Assembly (NCBI GenBank): GCA_965240325.2 | Contig: OZ251223.1 | Location: forward strand, 992,001-1,056,000 | Source of the DNA: Rebecca billardiae RCC1528 | Taxonomy: Eukaryota > Protista > Haptophyta | Length of the DNA: 64,000 nucleotides | Reading direction: 5' to 3' | Shown: piece by piece, positions 1 through 11,256 of the stretch | How the letters are laid out: each line of letters starts with the position of its first letter | How positions within the stretch are numbered: the first letter of the stretch is position 1 | The notes under the pieces: generated by a model | Seen by the model: only the letters and a program-made list of their open reading frames with translations | Databases searched by the model: none | What the model was told of the DNA's origin: nothing | Position numbers and translations under genes: made by a program

Positions 1-232
1 ACGACGAGTTCCACCTCAAGGTGAGACAGCAACGAGCCGCCGCGCGCACCGCCGCGCACCGCACCGCGCGCACCGCGCCGCGCGCGCGCCGCTTCGACGT
101 GGCTCACGCAGCGCGCGCCCCTGCTGCCCGCGTGCGCACTGCTGGCGTGTGCAGTCGTGGGACTTTGTGGCGCCGGCGGCCATCGTAGAGGAGTACCTCG
201 AGAACATCAACCACACAATCTCGACCATCTGA
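1..232 (+). CDS. 3' end of a gene of unknown function (partial, runs in from the window edge)
   Basis: Exon ..DEFHLK (to 20), GTGAGA..GCAG intron 21-154, exon 155-232 SWDFVAPAAIVEEYLENINHTISTI*; codons are strongly GC3-biased. Confidence 0.6.
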   Translation, partial: RRVPPQGETATSRRAHRRAPHRAHRAARAPLRRGSRSARPCCPRAHCWRVQSWDFVAPAAIVEEYLENINHTISTI

Positions 233-669
233 TGCCGCTGCTGAGCCTGATGATGGACGTCGATCGACAACACCTGCGGCAGCGGGCGGCGCGCCGCCAC
301 CGGCGCGGCACGTGACGTTAATTGCGTGTACTAACTGTTACACACGATCCGCCGCGGGGGAACCGTCTCCGGTTCAGACTCTGGCGCTGATTGATGCTGC
401 GCGCGTACTCGTCATCGTCGATTCGTCTGATTATGTTTGCTATTCGGCGGCAGCAGGCCGGCAGCGGCGGCGGGGGCTGCCGTGCCGCGTGCGCGGCGGT
501 CGGCGGTCGGCGTCACTGGCTTCGTTGCCAACTCGACGGGAGCGCGATCGAAAAAGGAAACGCATTTTGGGGGGCGCCCGCTTTAAAAAAAATATTTGCG
601 CCAACCGCCGCCCCCCCGGGCCGGACGCGTCGCGCCCCACCCCGTGCCGCGGCGCCCGCCACCGCCGAG

Positions 670-1551
670 ATGCCCGTCACATTCGTGCGCATCCCGTGCG
701 ACAGCTCGGCTCCGCTCGAGGAGCTGACACTCGAGGATCCCGCTGGCGGCAAGAAGGCGGGCGAGGACCTGCTGCGCGCGCACCTCGTGCCCAAGTTCAA
801 GCAGGGCTCCGTCGACCCAGGCGCCGTCAAGAAGCAGCTCGGTGACTACTCGGCGCAGCTCGACATGTCCATGCTCGAGCAGGGTGCGGTGGAGACCTTC
901 CCGCTCACGCGGCCGACCGACGTCAATCGGCAGGTAGGCGTCACCCTGTACTTGGACGAATGCGGCGTCCTCAAGAACCTGCCGCGCAACGAGCGCGCGA
1001 CGGCGCTCGCCGAGCAGGCAGGACACACCACCCCGTTCCATGGCGACATCTACGTCTCGCGCGAGCAGCACGGGCCGGACGGGCGGCAACTCGCAGACTT
1101 CACGCTGGCGGACATGTCATCGGACGCGCCGTGGCTCCTCAGTGCCCCGGCGCAGAACTATGAGCACGCCGTCGCGACGAAGAAGCTGCACGACTCGATG
1201 GGCGACGGCTTTCAGCACATCAAGCTGAACGAGGGCATGGACGGCACCGACCTGACCAGCGGCGGTGGCGAGGGGTACACGTGGACGCAGACGTCGGAGG
1301 AAGTCGAGGTGGTCATCCCCGTCGCGGCTGGCGTCAAGGCGCGCGAGGTGCACGTCAAGTACGGCGTCGGCTCCTTGCTCGCGAGAGTTGGCGGCAGCGA
1401 CCCAGTCCTCGACGCTCAGCTCGAAGGGCGCATCCGACCGGACGAGTCCAGCTGGAGCATCAGTGGCGATGGGGACTCGCGGACGCTGCAGATCACGCTC
1501 GAGAAGCAGACACCTGGACCATGGAAGTCGCTGCTCGCCGGGAGCAGCTAG
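670..1551 (+). CDS. CS (p23/NudC-like) domain protein
   Basis: ATG at 670. C-terminal YTWTQTSEEVEVVIP...LEGRIRPDESSWSI...LQITLEK...W matches the NudC-type CS domain. Confidence 0.8.
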   Translation: MPVTFVRIPCDSSAPLEELTLEDPAGGKKAGEDLLRAHLVPKFKQGSVDPGAVKKQLGDYSAQLDMSMLEQGAVETFPLTRPTDVNRQVGVTLYLDECGVLKNLPRNERATALAEQAGHTTPFHGDIYVSREQHGPDGRQLADFTLADMSSDAPWLLSAPAQNYEHAVATKKLHDSMGDGFQHIKLNEGMDGTDLTSGGGEGYTWTQTSEEVEVVIPVAAGVKAREVHVKYGVGSLLARVGGSDPVLDAQLEGRIRPDESSWSISGDGDSRTLQITLEKQTPGPWKSLLAGSS

Positions 1552-2053
1552 TGACCACAACCGATGGTGATGTACTAGCTATCACTACTTTGGGCTATGG
1601 TACCGCCTACGACTGCTCACGGACTACACGGATCACGACTTCAGACTTGGCTTCCGTGACCTCTGGGGCTCTGAGGCTCTCAGATTCTCATCAGCTCTGG
1701 AACGCAGCGCCGGCACCGCGGTTGCCGGTTGGCTGAGGGCACAGCGTTCGACAGTGATTGACAACGCCGCAGTTAGTGTCCGCCGGACGCGGCCTGCACC
1801 GGGCCTGCGCTTAGCTGATAGCTCAGTCCGATCATCCGCTACTACGACCGTACTTGATGTCATCAGTGAACCTTTGGTGCCCACTCCGAGTCGTGGGACA
1901 CCGCCTGAGTGCCGGCGCCGCAGCTGTCTTTATAGGCGAGTCGTCGTGCTGATGACGGCGACGCGATATTCGTCGATGAATGCTCATTGAGAGTCGCGAT
2001 GAGTGCGCAATCTAGGCGGAATGGCTAGCTTACACTTCGTAGAACGGCTGAAC

Positions 2054-3622
2054 TCACTCCGAGCCGAACAGACCGCCGAAGAGGTTGCCCATCCCGCGGG
2101 TGAGATCGCCCACCACGTCGCCAGCTGCATCGGCTGCACCGCCCGCGAAGTCGAGCCCGCCGCCGATGACGTCGCCAGCGCCATCCGCGAGCAGCTCGGC
2201 GCCGCCCATGGCCGCACCGGCAATCTCGGGAGCGAACGCGAGCGCCAAGTAGCCGGCGGCCCCCACCATCAGCATGTCGCCGAGCCCGCCTGGGAACGGC
2301 CGGCGCTTCGCCTTGTGCGCGACGCGGAACTGCCGGCCGATGTGCTGGTTGGTGTTCGGGTGCACGTCCTCGAGCGAGAACGGGCGCTCGGTGTGGAACG
2401 CCTGCATGGACGAGAGCTGCGGCCGCTGCGAAAAGCCGCCGCGCCGCATGGCCACGTCCAGCTCGCGCATGAGGCTGGGATACGTGTGCTGGCGCCCGGA
2501 GCGCATGACCGACACAAACGCCGTCGTCATCGCGCCGCCGGGCTTGCCGTACCGCGGGCGCGCGTCCGCCGAGTAGTCGTCGTCCTCGCAGCCGGAGAAG
2601 AGCAGCACGTCCCCCAGCGCAAAGTGCGGGTTGTCCTCGCACGACCACCGCGCGCCATGCCGCAGCGTGAACGGCAGGTCGAGGCCAGTGCCGCTGTGGC
2701 AGCAGTCCATCACCGCGGTGAGGCGGCAGCCCGACGGGAGCGGCTGGACGAGCAGCCGGAAGAGCTCGTTGTCAGTGATCTGCCCCGCGCGCTGGAAGTC
2801 CACGGGCACGATCGTCTCGTCCATCCCGTCCTCCTCCGCGAACTCGGGGTCCAGCTGCTGCGCGCCGTGGCCGGAGAAGTGGAAGAGAAGCATGTCGCCC
2901 GGCTGCGCGTCCGCCGTGAGCCAGCGGCACGCGCTGAGGATGTTGGCCTTGGTCGGCTGGTACCGCGGGTCCCGCGCGTCGTCCGTGAGGACGAGCATGT
3001 CCTCGCGCCGCTCGCTCCACCCGCGCTCGCGCAGCAGCGAGCGCATCTCGCGCACGTCGTTGATGCATCCCTTGAGCTCCGCCGACGTGCGAAAGTAGTT
3101 GATGCCGATCAGCAGCGCCCGCTTCCGCCCGGTGGGTCGCGGCGGCGGCTGGTTGACCACGGGAGCGGCCACCCAGCTCGCGGCCTGTGGCGCCTGGCTC
3201 CCGCCTGCCGGTGTCGGGCGTGCGGTGGCGACAGGCAGCTTGGCGGCCGGCTGCGCGGCCACCGGAACGGCGACTGCCACCGGTGGCTTTGGCGACGCGG
3301 CCGAGCGGGGAGGCGGCTGGGCGAGGAGAGCGTTCACGGTGGCATCCTTGTTGCCATTCGTCTCGACGAGCTTCGCCCGGATCGCGCTGGCGGGCACGCC
3401 GGGCAGTAGAGGCTGCAGCTCGGCCACGTCGCGGTCCAACTGCGAGCCCGCATGCGCGGCCGCCGTCGGCCGCTCCCACTGTGTCACCTGGCGATTGTGA
3501 TCGACGTAGTAGGGGCGGCCGGTGGAGGGGTCGCGCCGCTCCTCCCACCCTGGAGGTAGCGGGGCGCCGCCGCTCCGCGGCGAAGGCGAAGAGTCCGAGG
3601 AGGGCCCGAAGGTCCAGCGCAT
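2054..3622 (-). CDS. Metacaspase (peptidase C14) with N-terminal WW and CUE-like domains
   Basis: WW: LPPGWEERRDPSTGRPYYVDHNRQVTQWERP. CUE-like: VAELQPLLPGVPASAIRAKLVETNGNKDATVNALL. Metacaspase: RKRALLIGINY, LKGCINDV, HFSGHG (His), DCCHSG (Cys). The start could instead be upstream (ORF open to 3769). Confidence 0.9.
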   Translation of the reverse strand: MRWTFGPSSDSSPSPRSGGAPLPPGWEERRDPSTGRPYYVDHNRQVTQWERPTAAAHAGSQLDRDVAELQPLLPGVPASAIRAKLVETNGNKDATVNALLAQPPPRSAASPKPPVAVAVPVAAQPAAKLPVATARPTPAGGSQAPQAASWVAAPVVNQPPPRPTGRKRALLIGINYFRTSAELKGCINDVREMRSLLRERGWSERREDMLVLTDDARDPRYQPTKANILSACRWLTADAQPGDMLLFHFSGHGAQQLDPEFAEEDGMDETIVPVDFQRAGQITDNELFRLLVQPLPSGCRLTAVMDCCHSGTGLDLPFTLRHGARWSCEDNPHFALGDVLLFSGCEDDDYSADARPRYGKPGGAMTTAFVSVMRSGRQHTYPSLMRELDVAMRRGGFSQRPQLSSMQAFHTERPFSLEDVHPNTNQHIGRQFRVAHKAKRRPFPGGLGDMLMVGAAGYLALAFAPEIAGAAMGGAELLADGAGDVIGGGLDFAGGAADAAGDVVGDLTRGMGNLFGGLFGSE

Positions 3623-3861
3623 CGTGACGAGCCGGTTGGCGGCGGACGCGAGTCTCGACCTGGGCTCAGCAATCCACTTTTCGTCTTTTCCGTGAAACAT
3701 CCCGCCGAAGCTCAAGCCTCTAGGAAAAGGCCAAAAGGGCCAGCAACATTGCTGCGGGCCGGCCGCCATCGTGAAAAAGTGACGGTTGCAAAGCGCTCGT
3801 CCCCTGACGAGGACTGCACGACCTCAAGCGCCTGCACGGGCGCACGGGCACCTTGCTCGCA

Positions 3862-4322
3862 ATGCCCACGGAGCCAGACCACGCGCTGCGGCCGTCGTAC
3901 AAGAATCGTTTCTCGCCCGCCGTGGCGAAGGACATCATCAAGGAGGTCCTCGAAGCGAAGCTGAAGGATAAGACGTACAACGCAGAGCTCACGTCGCAGT
4001 GGACACGTGACATTGCGGATGAGATCAAGATGAAGCTCAAGGAGCTGGAGCTGCCGCGCTACAAGTACGTGGTCAACGTCGCGATCGGCGAGCAGCGCGG
4101 CGAGGGCATCAGATTAGGCTGCAGGTGCTTCTGGGACTCAGATGTGGACGCGTACGCTGACGCGACCTACATGAACGTGCGCGCTTGCTGCCTCCCATCG
4201 CGCGGCGAGCCAGGCTGGCAGTGACACGCGACCCCCACGACCCGCCTCCGCCCGCGCATTCGACGCAAGCGCAGGACTCGCTCTTCTGCAGTGCCATCGC
4301 ATTCGGCGTCTACCTGTACTAA
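3862..4322 (+). CDS. Tctex1-domain dynein light chain (TCTEX1D2/Tctex2b-like)
   Basis: Exons 3862-4176 and 4275-4322, intron GTGCGC..GCAG. Motif RYKYVVNVAIGEQRGEG...RCFWD; the spliced end NDSLFCSAIAFGVYLY* is typical of the family. Confidence 0.9.
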
Positions 4323-5121
4323 ACCTTTGCAAGGGGGGGGGAAGGGATCGGCATCAGGCTGTCCTGTCCGCGCGTCCTCGCAATCTCAGCCCAAGGCTCT
4401 CATGACGACGCAGGCTGGGGCCAACAGAGCAAGGGCAGGGAGGGTACGCGACGGGGGATGCGGGCCGCAGCGCCCGATCACCCGCTCCCCTTGCCGCTGG
4501 ACGGCGGCGGTCTGCTACTTGGGCTTGGCAGCCTCATCGTATCAGGACGTCAGAACCCGCGACCGTTGTCCGTTCTCACTTTGAACTAACCGTTCTGCGT
4601 TCAGTCTACGTTAATAACGTAATTCGTAAACGTTCACGCGGTTCAGTCGGCGCACGGGACTCGTGAGTCGTGTCTCGTGCCCCGGGGGGCTGGAGCCGCC
4701 GGGGTGAATCACTCGTGGACGTCACCGCGTTCGCGGGCTTCGCGGCGGTTGGCGGGGCGGGTGCATATCGGAATCCCTGCTGTCAAACTGATGATGACCG
4801 CCCGCGAGGCCGAGCGCGGCGACTCGGGCTGCGGGCCGCGGGCCGACGACTGCTGTCTGCTGAGGCGGGACCGCGGGTGGGCGGGTGGCGGCCGTGGCGG
4901 GTCTGCTGCTGGCCCGTAGCCGTAGTAGTCTAAACGGTAGACACGGAGTCGACGGGGCGCCGACGAATTAAGTAGTCGAAAGTCTCAGGCGCTCTTTATC
5001 GGCTCAGAGACTCCGCGACGGTTCCGAGTCTGGCCTGCGCGCGCCGATCGACCTGACTGACACTCCTGAGCGCGGCCGGCCGACCGTAATCCGGTCCGCG
5101 TCGCGCAGCCGGACGACTCGA

Positions 5122-6510
5122 TCATGCCGCCACGCCTGCTGCACGCCCGCTGGACTCTGCCATCTCCTCAAGCTGCTGCTGCTGGTCGCTCGCGATGCAC
5201 ATCGAGATCACCCCATCGATCTCGCCTTGGAGGAACTGGGCGAGCGGGAAGTTGTGGCTGAGGCGGTGGTCGGTGCACCGGTTGTCTTTGTAGTTGTACG
5301 TCCGAATCTTCTCGGAGCGCGAGCCCGAGCCCACCTGCGCCAGCCGCTTGGCGGCCACCTCCGACTGCTGCTTCTCGAGCTCCATCTCGTACAGCCGGGA
5401 GCGGAGCAGCGACAGGGCGCGCTCCTTGTTCTTGAGCTGCGAGCGCTCCTCCTGGCAGAATATACGCATGCCTGTGGGCAGGTGCACCAGGTCGACGGCC
5501 GTCTCGACCTTGTTGACGTTCTGACCGCCCGCGCCGCTGGACCGCGCCGTTTGGCTGTGAGCAGCGGTGGGCGCGCACGCGCGGGCGACCGGTTCGGGTT
5601 CCGAGGGCGGATGGGCGATGGGTCAGCCAAGATCGGCGAGGGCCGCGTGCGCCGCGGGTACGCCGCGGCCGCGCGGGGCGTCACACGCGGGCGCGCACAG
5701 CTGAATCTCCTTCGGGTCGATCTCCACCTCCACCTCGGTCATCTCGGGCATGATGGCCACGGTCGCAGTGCTCGTGTGCACTCGGCCCTGCGTCTCCGTC
5801 GCGGGCACGCGCTGCACGCGATGGACGCCCGCCTCGTACTTGAGCTTGCTGTACACACTGTCGCCCTTGACCTCGAGCACAGCCTGCGTGAACCCGCCCG
5901 ACTCGCTCTGCTGCATCGTCAGCGGCGCCACCTTCCACCCCTGCAGCTCGGCGTACTTCTGGTACACCTTGAGCAGGTCGCCGCACCAGATGGCGGCCTC
6001 GTCGCCGCCCGCGCCCGAGCGGATCTCGATCATCACGTTCTTGTCGTCGTTGGGGTCGGAGGGGAGGAGCAGGATCTCTAGATCCTTGTACAGCTCCTCC
6101 TGCCGAGCCTCGAGCTCGCTCATCTCCTCCTTTGCCATCTCGCGGATCTCAGGATCGGACTCCTCCGAAAGCAGCTCGCGCGCCTCGAGAGCTCCCGTCT
6201 TGGCGGCCATGTACTCGTCGAAGACGGTCACGCGCTTCTCCAGCCTCGCGCGCTCCTTTGATACCCGCTGGAAACGGTCCGAGTCCCCGACGACCCCCGG
6301 ATCGGAGAGCTGTGTCGTCAGCTCGTCGTACTGGCTCTTCATGGCCGTAAGCGACTGGACGAGGAAGGTGTCGTCCTCGATGTCCATGCGCGGGATCGCG
6401 CGCGCGATCCGCTGCGCGCGCACGTTGGCGCACTGTGGCCTCGGCAGCGGATGTGCCTGCCATCCGAGGGCCGAGAGTGTCACCGCGATGCATGCGGCGT
6501 GGCCCACCAT
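5122..6510 (-). CDS. prfA: Peptide chain release factor 1, organellar (probably plastid-targeted)
   Basis: Exons 6510-5699 and 5554-5122. [18 protein letters not shown] (PxT motif of RF1) and spliced [14 protein letters not shown] (GGQ). N-terminus is a hydrophobic signal followed by an Arg-rich transit-like segment. Confidence 0.93.
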
Positions 6511-6686
6511 GGCGTCGACGCAATGAGCAAGCGAGCGGCGCACGGCCGGCAGCACAGCGTGCCCACGAGCCGGGCCGGCGCGCACGCCCGCTGATCGTCG
6601 CGAGTTCCGGACCCTGGACGAGACTACTGGAAAAGCAATAAACATTCCCGTGAAGGTTCGGCACATAGCCCGCACATTGGCCCCAA

Positions 6687-8273
6687 ATGGCGGCGCTCAC
6701 GGCCGTCCTCGGCCTCCTCGCTCAAGGCCTGCCCGTGCCCTTCAGCTCCCAGCACAATGAGACGGTCAGCGCCGACGTCCTCGTAGTGTTCCCAGGCTTC
6801 GCGTGCGTCGCCGACGCGTACGGAGGCATCGCCGAGGCGGCTGGCTTCCAGCGCGCCGTCCTTTTGCCGCTGTTTGATGACGAGGACATCCTTCGCGAGT
6901 TTGCAAACGCTGGGGCCTGTGGCGCGGCATGCGAGCAGAGTCTCGCCGCCCGGCTAGATACGCAGGTTGACGACATTATCAAGCGCCAGGCTATCGATCC
7001 ACGCCGGCAGCGCCTCACGTTCCTCGGCCACTCGGCCGGCGCGTCGATTGCAAAGCGTGCCGCACTCCGCTGGCTTCCGCACGCCCTCGTGTATTACGGC
7101 GGCGGTGTCGAGGGCAACCTACACCTCCCGTTCCGCTTCCTGTCGATTGAAGGCTCGGACAATTGGTCGAATGTCTTGGGCGTCCTCCAGGTCACCAACT
7201 TCCTCGGTCTTGCCCGCGCGGCGGCCGAGGCTGACGCCCTCTACACGCGTGAGCACGTGCGCTCAAGCGTCTCGCATGTGGTGCTGCCCGGAGCCAACCA
7301 CTTCTCGTGCGTGGCGGGCGAGGCGATCGCGCGCTCGAACCGATGGCAAGCACTGATCGGCTCTGGCGCGATGGTGCAGCCACCACTGGACCGGCGGCAT
7401 GCCATCGGGCAGATGATCGGCGCATTTGCGCGCGGGGATCCGGACGGTGGCGCCACGGTCGGAGGCGAGGCTTGGCGCCAGGCGTGGGCAACAGTGGCGA
7501 CACCGCAGGCGGATGCGCGCTGGCTGGCCGCCGCGTGGATGCACGAGGCCGGGCTTGACGGATGGACGGTCAACGTGGTTGTGCACACGTCCTCGCAGAG
7601 CTTCCACGCAGCGCAGCCCGCCGGGCCGACACGGGGACAGCTGCCAGAGTCCACGCCCGTGGTTGGCACCACTCGCGGGGCAGCGGCCGGTACCGAGCTG
7701 CTCGTGCACGCTTTTCAGCCTCGGGGCGCCGTCGGCGAGTGGTGGCTCAAATGCGCCGGGCCACGAGTGAACGCGCGCTCACTGAATCTGGCAGCATGGG
7801 CGTGGGCGAAGGAGCACACGCTGAGTGGGCTCCCAGGTCCACTTGCCCAGCAGCAGCAGCGACCGCAGCCGACGCTCGCCGACCAGGGCCTTGTCGACCC
7901 GGCGGCGGCAACGGGGCGGCTGGCATCGGAGCCAGCCTTCGCGGACGACGTCGTGCTCCCGAGCGGGGAGCAAGTGTGGGCAAACGCGCCCCCGCTCAAG
8001 TTCCCGGCTGTGCGCTCGCGAGTGGCGTCATGCGACGCGCGTGGGCGCGCCGGCTTCGAATCCGGTGAGGAAGCTGGTGGCGCAGCACCAGGCACTGCGC
8101 GTCTCAGCGTGGCGGGCACTGGCGGAGATGACGAAGATGGTTCGCCATCATCATTGGGCCCCTCGCCGCCGACGAGCTGCTGGTGCCTGTCTGTGGCAGG
8201 CAGGGCGCAATCGGCAGCCCATCTCATTGATACCCGTATGGCAGCGGGCATCACTCCGTCGTCGTCATCATGA
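6687..8273 (+). CDS. Putative secreted alpha/beta hydrolase-like protein
   Basis: Signal peptide-like N-terminus; GHSAG nucleophile elbow; PGANH His motif. The 3' end is uncertain (possible intron). Confidence 0.55.
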   Translation: MAALTAVLGLLAQGLPVPFSSQHNETVSADVLVVFPGFACVADAYGGIAEAAGFQRAVLLPLFDDEDILREFANAGACGAACEQSLAARLDTQVDDIIKRQAIDPRRQRLTFLGHSAGASIAKRAALRWLPHALVYYGGGVEGNLHLPFRFLSIEGSDNWSNVLGVLQVTNFLGLARAAAEADALYTREHVRSSVSHVVLPGANHFSCVAGEAIARSNRWQALIGSGAMVQPPLDRRHAIGQMIGAFARGDPDGGATVGGEAWRQAWATVATPQADARWLAAAWMHEAGLDGWTVNVVVHTSSQSFHAAQPAGPTRGQLPESTPVVGTTRGAAAGTELLVHAFQPRGAVGEWWLKCAGPRVNARSLNLAAWAWAKEHTLSGLPGPLAQQQQRPQPTLADQGLVDPAAATGRLASEPAFADDVVLPSGEQVWANAPPLKFPAVRSRVASCDARGRAGFESGEEAGGAAPGTARLSVAGTGGDDEDGSPSSLGPSPPTSCWCLSVAGRAQSAAHLIDTRMAAGITPSSSS

Positions 8274-8820
8274 TGATGATCATCATCAACTACTTGATAA
8301 TGTGTCTTAATTGATAGACGACGATTATTCGTCATTCGTCATCACATTAGCAGCATCAGTCAGGTATGGATAATTAGGCGGGCCGTAGCGGTAGTTACCG
8401 GCGGTACTGGTACACTGTCACTGACTATAACACTGCATGTCTGATATGAGTGATAAAGCCCGCGCCGCCGTCCACAGTGACCCGTGACCAGATTGGCATC
8501 GGCATGATAGTAGTTCTGCATGCGCGCTGACGCGAGTATTAATTAAATTCAATGTCGCGCTGCCTGCCGCGCGACCACGGCCGGCACGGGCGTGCCGACG
8601 GACCGGCGCAGACGGCCCAGCGTTCTCTGTAACCCACCGGCCGACCGGGGTCGGTCCGCGAGTCCGGGGATGCCCTCCGCGCCGTGTCGGGCAGGGTTCA
8701 ACCACCAGCCGGAGCTGGAGCCCTGGTTCTGCTGTCGAGCTGCAGTCGAGCTCTTCTCCGGCCTGGAGCAAGAGCCAGGACTCTGACAGCCGCGATGACT
8801 CGGATGAGACTCCGCGATTG

Positions 8821-9549
8821 TCACCGATCCACACGATTCGCAAAGTTGAAAGCGGGCGGCTCGGGCTCAGAGTACATGATGTCAGTCCTGATCACGTGTT
8901 TCGTGCCCTCGACCAATGGAGGCGACTCGTGCAGGATGCGATGGTCATGGATCACGATCGTGCCCGGCTTCGGCTGCACCTCGAAAGCCCGGCCAGAGGT
9001 GTTGTACATGGTGGTGCAGCCGCCCCTGTAGTCATCGTTCAGGTACAGCAGCAGCGTGATATGCGACGCGTCCCCGTTCTCACGGACGTAGCAGCCATCC
9101 GTGTGTTGGCCAAAGAAGTCGCCAACATGGTACATCAGGAAGCGCAAGCGCTCGTTCAGGCCCATCACCTGCTGGGAACTAGGCTCTGTCGTGCCATACT
9201 CGCGCGGGGGCCAGCGCTCGGGCACGTATGCGATGATGCGCTCCCAGATGATGTCTGCGAGCTCACTCGAGTCGATGATGCAGCGCGAGGAGCGACGCAC
9301 ATCGGTCGCAAGCATCTGCTTGCCGCCCCCAACGTTGACGAGAGCCGGCTCGTAGCCCGCCTCGGCCGCAAGCGCCATGAGCGCAGAGCACTCATCACCA
9401 TCAAAGACATTATCCAGGCGGCATATAAACGCCTCGCGGCAAATGTACTCGGGCACATCGCCCACGATCGGCTCGACGTTGGAGCGCGAGCGAAGCAGGC
9501 TACACAGCTGCGACGCAGGTGTCCCAAAGTCCGTCACTGCGTCGCGCAT
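8821..9549 (-). CDS. 2OG-Fe(II) oxygenase, prolyl-4-hydroxylase-like
   Basis: GLNERLRF..Y..GDFFGQHTD (HxD), TLLLYLNDDYRGGCT, ILHES (distal His), KHVIRTDIMY. First in-frame ATG is 9549; the frame is open to ~9642, so an upstream exon is possible. Confidence 0.85.
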   Translation of the reverse strand: MRDAVTDFGTPASQLCSLLRSRSNVEPIVGDVPEYICREAFICRLDNVFDGDECSALMALAAEAGYEPALVNVGGGKQMLATDVRRSSRCIIDSSELADIIWERIIAYVPERWPPREYGTTEPSSQQVMGLNERLRFLMYHVGDFFGQHTDGCYVRENGDASHITLLLYLNDDYRGGCTTMYNTSGRAFEVQPKPGTIVIHDHRILHESPPLVEGTKHVIRTDIMYSEPEPPAFNFANRVDR

Positions 9550-9798
9550 GCCGTCGTGGACGTGGACGAGGCGCGGGACTCCCGCCCTTTCCTCGCCACT
9601 GAGTGGCGCTGCCACTGCCGCGCCAGCCGCGGCAGACAGATCTCAGATCTGCAGATCGAGGGTCCGGACCCACGCGGTACGGTACTTTGCTGGAAGTTGA
9701 TGAAACTGTTGAAACAGTTTGATCATGATGCGCACCCGCTTTCGCAGGCGGGCGGGTGTCTCGACCGAATCGGCAAACGCCGCCGCGTCGTCGGCGAG

Positions 9799-11256
9799 AT
9801 GCCCGCTATTTTGGCCGACCTCCCAGCCGAGCTCATTGGGCGAATCCTCAGCTTCGTCGATGGCATGCGCGACGTGGTGGCTGCAAATGCGGCGGCGCGC
9901 CTCTTTCGCGGCACTGCGGTCGAGCACGCCCTGCGCCTGCGCGCGTGTGCGCGTGCGCACGATCGCGCTCTGCCGACAGCGCTGCCTGCTGGCGTCTGCA
10001 CCTGGACGGAGGAGCTGCTCGCGCGAGAGCGCGTGCATGAGCTGGCAATGGCGCACACCCACGTCGTGGCCGCGAGTCGGAGCCACGTCAGCCCCCTGAG
10101 CGCATTCATAGACAGCGACGGCGGCGTGCACACATGCGGCGAGGAGCTTGTGCTCCGGTCAGGCGCGTGGCACTCTCGTACCCACGCGGCGCTGGGTCAC
10201 TCCGTGGACGCGCGCGACTCGCCTGCTGTGCTGGTGCCGAGGTGCGTGAGCTCGCTCTCTTCCGTCCGCGTGTGCGCTCTCGCCGCTGGGCACAGGCACC
10301 TCCTCGCACTGAGCGATTGCGGCACTGTGTACGCGTGTGGCGAGAACATGCACGGCCAGCTGGGCGTGGGCTGCAGGGAGGCGCGACCGGCGTTCGTGCC
10401 GTTGCCTGTGCTTGGCGTGGAGTGCATCGTGTGCATCGGCGCTGGCGAAGCTCACAGCCTCGCCCTCACGGCGGCTGGCATACCACACAGCTGGGGCCGC
10501 AACGGCTGTGGTGAGCTCGGCCATGGAGACATGCAGGAGCGATCACAGCCGCAGCGGATCGCAGCACTGGATGGCGTGCGCGTGGGTGGTCTGTGCGCAG
10601 GTAACTCCCACTCGCTCTTCCTTGCGGCCAGTGGCGCTGTCTACTCGTGCGGGGATGGGTACGGTGGCCGGCTCGGCCACGGTGACCAGCAGGGGCAGCT
10701 GGCGCCGAGGCGTATCGAGGCGCTCGCGGGCGTGCGCGCCGTGCACGTGAGTGCAGGCAGCTCGCATAGCCTGGTCCTGGATGACCGTGCACGTGTGCAC
10801 ACTTTTGGTGTCGGCATTTCTGGCTGCCTCGGTCACGGCGATCAGGCTGACCATGTGGTGCCGAAGCGCGTGGAGGCACTGGCAAGCGTGCGTGCCCTAC
10901 GCGTCAGTGCTGGCTACAACAGCAGTGCTGTGGTAGGCGCGGACGGCAGTGTGCACGCGTTTGGTGGTAACTACGTCGGGCAGCTGGGGCTGGGCTCGGG
11001 CCCGTGTGTCCTTTTACCTGCGCGTGTCGCCGCATTGCTTGTGCGCGGCCGCATTGTCGGCTGCTCTCTCGGGCACGACCATGCGCTCTTCGTGACGGCC
11101 GATGGTCGTGCGCTCTCGTGCGGCAACCAATCCGGCGCACTTGGCCACGGAGTGAGCAGCGCCCCTCGGCCCCGCGCGCCGCCGATGAGGACGCCGACGC
11201 GTGTTGCGCAGCTCCCGCCCATACGTCTCCTTCGGCGATGTGATGTGTCATTGTGA
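9799..11256 (+). CDS. F-box-like + RCC1 repeat protein
   Basis: N-terminal LADLPAELIGRILSFV (F-box-like), then multiple RCC1 repeats (AGHRHLLAL..G.VYACGEN.HGQLG, AGEAHSLAL..G..HSWGRN..GELGHG, etc.). Confidence 0.88.
   Translation: MPAILADLPAELIGRILSFVDGMRDVVAANAAARLFRGTAVEHALRLRACARAHDRALPTALPAGVCTWTEELLARERVHELAMAHTHVVAASRSHVSPLSAFIDSDGGVHTCGEELVLRSGAWHSRTHAALGHSVDARDSPAVLVPRCVSSLSSVRVCALAAGHRHLLALSDCGTVYACGENMHGQLGVGCREARPAFVPLPVLGVECIVCIGAGEAHSLALTAAGIPHSWGRNGCGELGHGDMQERSQPQRIAALDGVRVGGLCAGNSHSLFLAASGAVYSCGDGYGGRLGHGDQQGQLAPRRIEALAGVRAVHVSAGSSHSLVLDDRARVHTFGVGISGCLGHGDQADHVVPKRVEALASVRALRVSAGYNSSAVVGADGSVHAFGGNYVGQLGLGSGPCVLLPARVAALLVRGRIVGCSLGHDHALFVTADGRALSCGNQSGALGHGVSSAPRPRAPPMRTPTRVAQLPPIRLLRRCDVSL

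Noticed and set aside
8377-8388. GGCGGGCCGTAG match to the element B 5' end
   Set aside because: Only 12 bp in GC-rich DNA, with no continuing homology.
8818-9798. N-terminal ~330 aa of the 812-aa ORF
   Set aside because: It is the antisense shadow of the minus-strand 2OG oxygenase; the RCC1 protein plausibly starts at ATG 9799 with the F-box-like motif.
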